This document shows, piece by piece, positions 27,021-32,000 of a stretch of 32,000 nt of DNA. The DNA lies in assembly GCA_963675915.1 (NCBI GenBank), contig OY780959.1:1710001-1742000 (forward strand), read 5' to 3'. Source of the stretch: Coprobacillaceae bacterium (GTDB lineage Bacteria > Bacillota_I > Bacilli_A > Erysipelotrichales > Coprobacillaceae). The position numbers were made by a program, and so were the translations under genes. Under the pieces are notes generated by a model. That model saw nothing but the letters and a program-made list of their open reading frames with translations. It did not search any database and was not told the DNA's origin. Within the stretch, counting starts at the first letter, position 1. Each line of letters opens with the position of its first letter.

Positions 27021-29708
27021 CTAATCCATATCCGCATTTACCATCAATTTTACCAGGCCTTCGAACGAAACATCACGTTTCCATCCCAAGGTCTTGGTCG
27101 CTTTGGTATTGTCGCCCCGTAGCTCTTTGATGCTTGATGGACGGAAATATTTCGAATCGATATCGACAAGCAGATTCCCGGTCTGTTTGTCATAACCTTT
27201 TTCATCAATTCCCTTGTCACGCCATTCGATCTCGATTCCGACCGTCTTGAACGCCAGTTCCACGAATTCGCGGACACTGTGCGATTCATTGGTTGAAAGG
27301 ACATAGTCACCCGGAATCGCTTCCTGGAGCATCAGCCACATTCCTGCCACATAATCGCCGGCAAAGCCCCAGTCTCTTTTGGAATCCAGGTCACCCAGGG
27401 TCAGTTTGTCCTGACGGCCGTTGTAGATGTCAGCTACCGCTTTGGTGATTTTACGGGTCACATATTTGCTGTCACGGCGTGGTGATTCATGATTGAACAT
27501 GATTCCGTTGCACGCGAAGATATTATATGACTTGCGGTACATCACCGTAGTCCAGTACGCATTCAATTTCGAAATTCCGTATGGGGAATTCGGAGCGAAA
27601 GCTGTCGTTTCGCTTTGAGGCACGGTTTCCAGATTGTCTCCATACATTACACATGAAGAAGCCTGGAAGTATTTGGCATTTAGTTTCGACTTCTGGATTG
27701 CATCGAGAATCCGAATCGCCCCCAGAGAGTTGACATCGTTGGTGTATTCCGGTATCTCATATGACGTCGAGACGAATGACTGTGAAGCCAGGTTGTAAAC
27801 TTCGTCCGGTTTGATCTGTTCGATCAGACGGTTGACATTGGTTCCGTCAGTCAGATCCCCGTAATGAAGATAGAATGATTTGTTTTCGATTCCCTCGAGG
27901 ATTTCCCCTTCGAGATCATTGTCGTTGTTTGAGAAACGACGCATCATCCCATGGACTTCATAGCCCTTGTTGAGCAGGAAGCGGGAAAGATAGAAACCAT
28001 CCTGACCGCTTACCCCGGTGATAAAGGCCACTTTCTTTTCTTCCTTGGTTTCAATGATACTCATCAGCTCGGTTTCCAGCTGTTTTTGTTTGTTGTTTGC
28101 TTCATACTTGGTTTCACCGATGACACAGTAGTAGAACTTGCACTTCGGTTCAGTTCCACTAGGTCTTACCGCAAACCATGATCCGTCTTCAAGATAATAT
28201 TTCAAAACGTTTGATTTGGGCAGGATCTTGTATGAATGACGGACGAAGACATTCTCATTGGCGAAGTCTTCGACTTTGACCACTTTGTATCCGGCAATTC
28301 GGTTAAGTTTCTGCTTGCGCAGGTTGTTGACCACGATTCCGGCATTCTTGAGTTTCTTCGACTTGTTCACATCGATATAGTAACCGTATTTTTCATAGAT
28401 ATCATGCAAAGCATCAACCAGGTCTTTGCCTTGTGAGGCATAATAGTTAACCACTTCAGCCAGAACCATACATGATTGCACGGCATCCTTGTCTTTTGAG
28501 ATCCCGCTGAACAGATAACCGTATGATTCCTCATAACCGAAGACAAAATCGAATTCATTGGTTCTTTCATATTCACAGATCAATTCCCCGATGAATTTGA
28601 ATCCAGTCAGAGTAGTCTGGTTTTTGATACCATAGTTCTGGGCGATTACTTTACCCAGACTGCTGGTCACCACTGTATCGAAAATGATGGTATCCTGATT
28701 AAGTTTCCCTTGTTGTTGCAAGGTTCCCAAGATGTATTCAAGCAGGATCGCTCCGGTCTGGTTACCAGTCAAAAAGACGAATTCACCTTCATGTTCAACT
28801 GCGATTCCCAACCGGTCACAGTCGGGATCGGTGGCAATCACATACTTGGCATTGTTCTTTTTTGCCTGAGCGATTCCCAGATCGAAAGCATGGATATTTT
28901 CCGGATTCGGATTGGGCGTGTTGATGAACTCGGTCGAAGGGAAACATTGTTCCTCGACGATTTCATAATTGACTCCGCGACGGTCGAACATTGTTGTGAC
29001 CGGCACGAATGAAGTCCCATGTTGTGATGAGAAGACAATCTTGGTTGCCTGGTAGTCGACCTCATTGTATTTGACCTTGTCAAGCAAGTCATAATACTTG
29101 TTGTCGATTTCTTCACCGATGTACTCGATGTATTGTTGTTCTTTTCCTTTTGAGGCCATTTCAACATCGAAACCATCCTCAACCATGGTGATGTACTCAT
29201 AGATCCGGTTGGTTTCATGGACAACACACTGGTTTCCATAATGGTTGTAGACCTTGAATCCGTTGTATTCCTTGGTATTGTGGCTGGCAGTGATTACCAC
29301 TCCCGCAAAAGCCTGCAACTCCTGAATCGCAAACGACAATTCCGGAGTCGGGCGCAAATCATCAAACAAGTAGACCTTGATTTCATGATTGGCCAATACC
29401 GAGGCCACGATTTTGGCGAATTCCTGAGAATGGCGGCGGTTGTCATAAGCGATAACCGCTGACTTGTTATGGTCGCCGACATAGGCATTGATATAGCTAG
29501 CCAGCCCTTCAGCCAGTTTTCTGATAGTGAAGATATTCAGTTTCGATGGTCCCACTCCCATGATTTCGCGGACTCCACCGGTACCAAATTTCAATTTAGA
29601 ACCGAAAATCTCTTTGATTTCAATCTCACTTAAAGATTCGATTTCTTCTTTCAATTCATCTGTCAAAGGAGCTTTAAGCCACTTTTCATATACGTCCATG
29701 TATTCCAA
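27021..29708 (-). CDS. Fusion protein: N-terminal PgcA-type phosphohexomutase (phosphomannomutase/phosphoglucomutase) plus C-terminal GDP-mannose-4,6-dehydratase-like SDR domain
   Basis: 895-aa uninterrupted ORF. The start is TTG at 29708 with a GAGGT RBS 8 nt upstream. Mutase motifs: TASHNTKEYNGFK (phospho-Ser loop), DPDCDRLG (Mg site), GYEESYG (sugar loop), RPSGTEPK (phosphate loop). From about codon 559 onward the Gmd-like motifs are ITGVSGQDGFYLSRFLLNKGYEV, SPYGISKLN, NHESPRRDSKYVTRKIT, GDLDSKRDWGF. The catalytic TSE position reads SCV. Confidence 0.85.
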   Translation of the reverse strand: MEYMDVYEKWLKAPLTDELKEEIESLSEIEIKEIFGSKLKFGTGGVREIMGVGPSKLNIFTIRKLAEGLASYINAYVGDHNKSAVIAYDNRRHSQEFAKIVASVLANHEIKVYLFDDLRPTPELSFAIQELQAFAGVVITASHNTKEYNGFKVYNHYGNQCVVHETNRIYEYITMVEDGFDVEMASKGKEQQYIEYIGEEIDNKYYDLLDKVKYNEVDYQATKIVFSSQHGTSFVPVTTMFDRRGVNYEIVEEQCFPSTEFINTPNPNPENIHAFDLGIAQAKKNNAKYVIATDPDCDRLGIAVEHEGEFVFLTGNQTGAILLEYILGTLQQQGKLNQDTIIFDTVVTSSLGKVIAQNYGIKNQTTLTGFKFIGELICEYERTNEFDFVFGYEESYGYLFSGISKDKDAVQSCMVLAEVVNYYASQGKDLVDALHDIYEKYGYYIDVNKSKKLKNAGIVVNNLRKQKLNRIAGYKVVKVEDFANENVFVRHSYKILPKSNVLKYYLEDGSWFAVRPSGTEPKCKFYYCVIGETKYEANNKQKQLETELMSIIETKEEKKVAFITGVSGQDGFYLSRFLLNKGYEVHGMMRRFSNNDNDLEGEILEGIENKSFYLHYGDLTDGTNVNRLIEQIKPDEVYNLASQSFVSTSYEIPEYTNDVNSLGAIRILDAIQKSKLNAKYFQASSCVMYGDNLETVPQSETTAFAPNSPYGISKLNAYWTTVMYRKSYNIFACNGIMFNHESPRRDSKYVTRKITKAVADIYNGRQDKLTLGDLDSKRDWGFAGDYVAGMWLMLQEAIPGDYVLSTNESHSVREFVELAFKTVGIEIEWRDKGIDEKGYDKQTGNLLVDIDSKYFRPSSIKELRGDNTKATKTLGWKRDVSFEGLVKLMVNADMD

Positions 29709-29722
29709 AATAAATTACCTCA

Positions 29723-30766
29723 TTATCTGTTTCTTAACTCGTGTACCTGAGCCAATTGTTCTCTTGTTCCTACTACGATCATATCATCCGCTTCGATGCA
29801 GAAGGCATTTTTCATCCCCAAAAAGACGATTTCTTTTTTGGTCGAGAAGATGATATTGTTCTTGGCGTTGTCGACATAGAACTTACCTTTGGTGATATTG
29901 CCGTTTTCATCTTTAGGCAGATATCTTTCCAAAGCCGCCCAGGTTCCCACATCATCCCAACCAAATGATCCCGGGATCACATTGATGGTATTGATTTTTT
30001 CCATGATGGCATAATCGATTGAAATCGATTCGCAGCCCGGATAAATGTCAAAAAGACGATCTTTGAAACCAGCTGATGATACTGATCCGATTTCACTTAA
30101 TTTTTCATAGGTGTCTGCCATATGGAGTTGAGCCAATTTTTCAACATAATTGACATTCCACATGAAGATCCCGGCATTCCAGAAATAACCGCCTTCTTCA
30201 AGATACTGTTTGGCTGTAGCCAAATCAGGCTTTTCCACGAAGCGTTCAACCTGTTTGATTGTATAACCGTTGACTTCACTCTGGTTGGCAGTCTGTTTGA
30301 TGTAACCATATCCGGTTTCCGGACGGGTTGGTTCGATTCCGATTGTCACAACTGATTCTTCATTCTCATTCAAGAAAGCATCTCCGGCTTTCAAAACATT
30401 GCAGAACTCTTCGACATCCTGAATCAGAGCATCAGAAGGTAAAACCACCAGATTCCCACCTGGGAACTTGGCATTGACTTGCATCGCCCCAAATACCACG
30501 CATGGCGCCGTATTGCGGCCAACCGGTTCCACCAGGATGTTTTCTTCAGGCAAGTCCGGCAATTGTTCTTTGGTAAGATCAACATATTTGTCACCGGTTG
30601 CGATGAAAATCTGTTCAATCGGCATTATTTTCAAAAGACGGTCAACCGTCATTTGGATCATTGTTTTTTCTCCAATCAGATTCAAAAACTGTTTTGGATG
30701 TTCATCGGTAGACAAAGGAAAGAAACGAGTTCCTCTTCCACCGGCCATAATTAAAGCGCTTAACAT
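29723..30766 (-). CDS. manC: Mannose-1-phosphate guanylyltransferase (short form, no PMI cupin domain)
   Basis: 347-aa ORF with a GGAGG RBS. The N-terminal nucleotidyltransferase motif is ALIMAGGRGTRFFPLSTDEHPKQFL. The overall layout is ManC/CpsB-like. Confidence 0.85.
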   Translation of the reverse strand: MLSALIMAGGRGTRFFPLSTDEHPKQFLNLIGEKTMIQMTVDRLLKIMPIEQIFIATGDKYVDLTKEQLPDLPEENILVEPVGRNTAPCVVFGAMQVNAKFPGGNLVVLPSDALIQDVEEFCNVLKAGDAFLNENEESVVTIGIEPTRPETGYGYIKQTANQSEVNGYTIKQVERFVEKPDLATAKQYLEEGGYFWNAGIFMWNVNYVEKLAQLHMADTYEKLSEIGSVSSAGFKDRLFDIYPGCESISIDYAIMEKINTINVIPGSFGWDDVGTWAALERYLPKDENGNITKGKFYVDNAKNNIIFSTKKEIVFLGMKNAFCIEADDMIVVGTREQLAQVHELRNR

Positions 30767-30797
30767 AAAAGTCCTCCATTACTCAGTAATATGAATT

Positions 30798-30806
30798 AGT
30801 ATACCA
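30798..30806 (-). promoter_or_regulatory. Extended -10 element (TGgTATACT) for the manC unit
   Basis: Minus strand reads TGGTATACT about 32 nt upstream of the manC ATG. No convincing -35 element was found. Confidence 0.4.
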
Positions 30807-30992
30807 CAACAACAACAATAATAATATAAAGATAATCTAAATTCCCATCATTTCCCCCGCTTTCTTGTCATCAAAAAATGACCAGGGAAATAGGATTAAT
30901 TTCTCGTCTAGATGCAAAAAGCTAATACCACAATGTACCAGCTCTTCATCTATCATCAAACATCTTGGGGCGTATTTTTTTCGGTAGACCCA

Positions 30993-32000
30993 TTATCTTT
31001 TTAAATCGATATCATAATATTTTTTGTACCAATCTACAAACTTCGCTACGCCTTCAGCGACAGTCACAGTTGGTTTGAACCCGATTGTTTTCTCCAAATC
31101 TAAAACATCGGCATAAGTTTTCAATACATCACCGGGCTGCATATCCATGAAGTTCATTTGGGCTTTGATTCCCAGGGATTTCTCAATTGCTTTGATGAAA
31201 TCCAACAACTGGACCGGATTATTGCTGCCGATATTGTAAATTTTGTATGGCGCAAAACTGGAACTTGATTCACCAGTGATATCGTTCCATTCAGGATTTG
31301 GCAACGGCGGTTTATCAATCAGACGGAATATTCCCTCGACAATATCATCGATATATGTGAAATCCCGCTCCATCTGACCGTGATTGAAAACTTTGATCGG
31401 CTTTCCGGCGGTGATGCTTTTGGCAAACAGAAAGTAGGCCATATCCGGTCGTCCCCAAGGGCCGTAAACCGTGAAAAATCTCAGTCCAGTAGTCGGAATG
31501 TCATAGAGATTGCTGTAGGCATGAGCCATGAGTTCATTGGATTTCTTGGTAGCCGCATAAAGACTCACCGGATGATCGACTTTGTCATTAGTCGAAAAAG
31601 GAACTTTGGTATTGCCACCATAAACCGAACTTGATGAAGCATACATCAGATGCTTGACCGGATGATTCCGGCAGGCTTCCAAGACATTCACAAAACCAAG
31701 CAGATTGGAATCAACATAGTCATATGGATTGGTGATACTGTGTCGGACTCCAGCCTGGGCGGCCAGATGAACCACAACATCAAAATTGTTTTTAGCAAAC
31801 ACTTCATCCAGACCAGTTCGGTCAGCGATGTCGATTTGATGGAATGTAAAACCGTCAAATTTGTCAAGAAGCGTCAATCGGTCCTCCTTTAGGACAGGAT
31901 CATAATAATCGTTCATATTATCAATCCCGACAACCTCAAAAGACCTTCCCAACAGTAACCGGCACAGATGAAAACCGATAAAACCGCTTGATCCGGTAAC
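30993..32000 (-). CDS. NAD-dependent UDP-glucuronate 4-epimerase-like SDR (CapI/GlaKP-like), N-terminus runs off the window end
   Basis: The frame stays open upstream of the TTG at 31952 listed in the track. My translation of 31953..32000 gives VTGSSGFIGFHLCRLL, part of the Rossmann GxxGxxG motif. Other motifs: YASSSSVYG, YAATKKSNE, RFFTVYGPWGRPDMA. Confidence 0.75.
   Translation of the reverse strand, partial: VTGSSGFIGFHLCRLLLGRSFEVVGIDNMNDYYDPVLKEDRLTLLDKFDGFTFHQIDIADRTGLDEVFAKNNFDVVVHLAAQAGVRHSITNPYDYVDSNLLGFVNVLEACRNHPVKHLMYASSSSVYGGNTKVPFSTNDKVDHPVSLYAATKKSNELMAHAYSNLYDIPTTGLRFFTVYGPWGRPDMAYFLFAKSITAGKPIKVFNHGQMERDFTYIDDIVEGIFRLIDKPPLPNPEWNDITGESSSSFAPYKIYNIGSNNPVQLLDFIKAIEKSLGIKAQMNFMDMQPGDVLKTYADVLDLEKTIGFKPTVTVAEGVAKFVDWYKKYYDIDLKR

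Noticed and set aside
30807-30826. (CAA)4(TAA)2-3 microsatellite just upstream of the manC -10 element, considered as a phase-variation tract
   Set aside because: There are only about 4 units of each trinucleotide, which is too short for appreciable slippage. No good -35 exists whose spacing it would tune.

Overview
Almost the whole window is one minus-strand cell-wall glycan biosynthesis locus from a low-GC Gram-positive-type genome. That host assignment is an inference from the LCP ligase, LtaS-like enzyme, DUF3048 protein and GGAGG-type RBSs. No rRNA, tRNA or CRISPR array was seen. From high to low coordinates the locus contains: a partial UDP-glucuronate-4-epimerase-like gene; a manC plus phosphohexomutase::Gmd-like fusion unit; and a roughly 22-kb operon. 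The operon encodes a DUF3048 protein, a GT2, a WbaP-type initiating phosphotransferase, two GT4s, Wzm/Wzt with a Wzt C-terminal glycan-binding extension, a 134-aa coiled-coil ORF, three more GT4s, a GT-C-like 833-aa membrane protein, a GtrB/CsbB-like GT2, gmd, rmd, two GT4s and a GT2. Below it lie a small-membrane-protein/LtaS-like pair, a DagK-family lipid kinase and a CpsA-type LCP ligase. The only plus-strand gene is the transposase of a 1685-bp IS6-like element. This element has perfect 12-bp terminal inverted repeats and an 8-bp target duplication, and it sits exactly between the GT-C stop codon and the RBS of the next gene. The most unusual item is an 895-aa ORF that fuses a PgcA-type phosphomannomutase/phosphoglucomutase to a Gmd-like domain. 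In that domain the canonical TSE catalytic motif, intact in the separate gmd, reads SCV. Gene content suggests an ABC-transporter-dependent GDP-6-deoxyhexose polymer (D-rhamnose or 6-deoxy-talose type) that is attached to the wall by an LCP enzyme. All functional calls rest on motif recognition by eye; no database search was possible.
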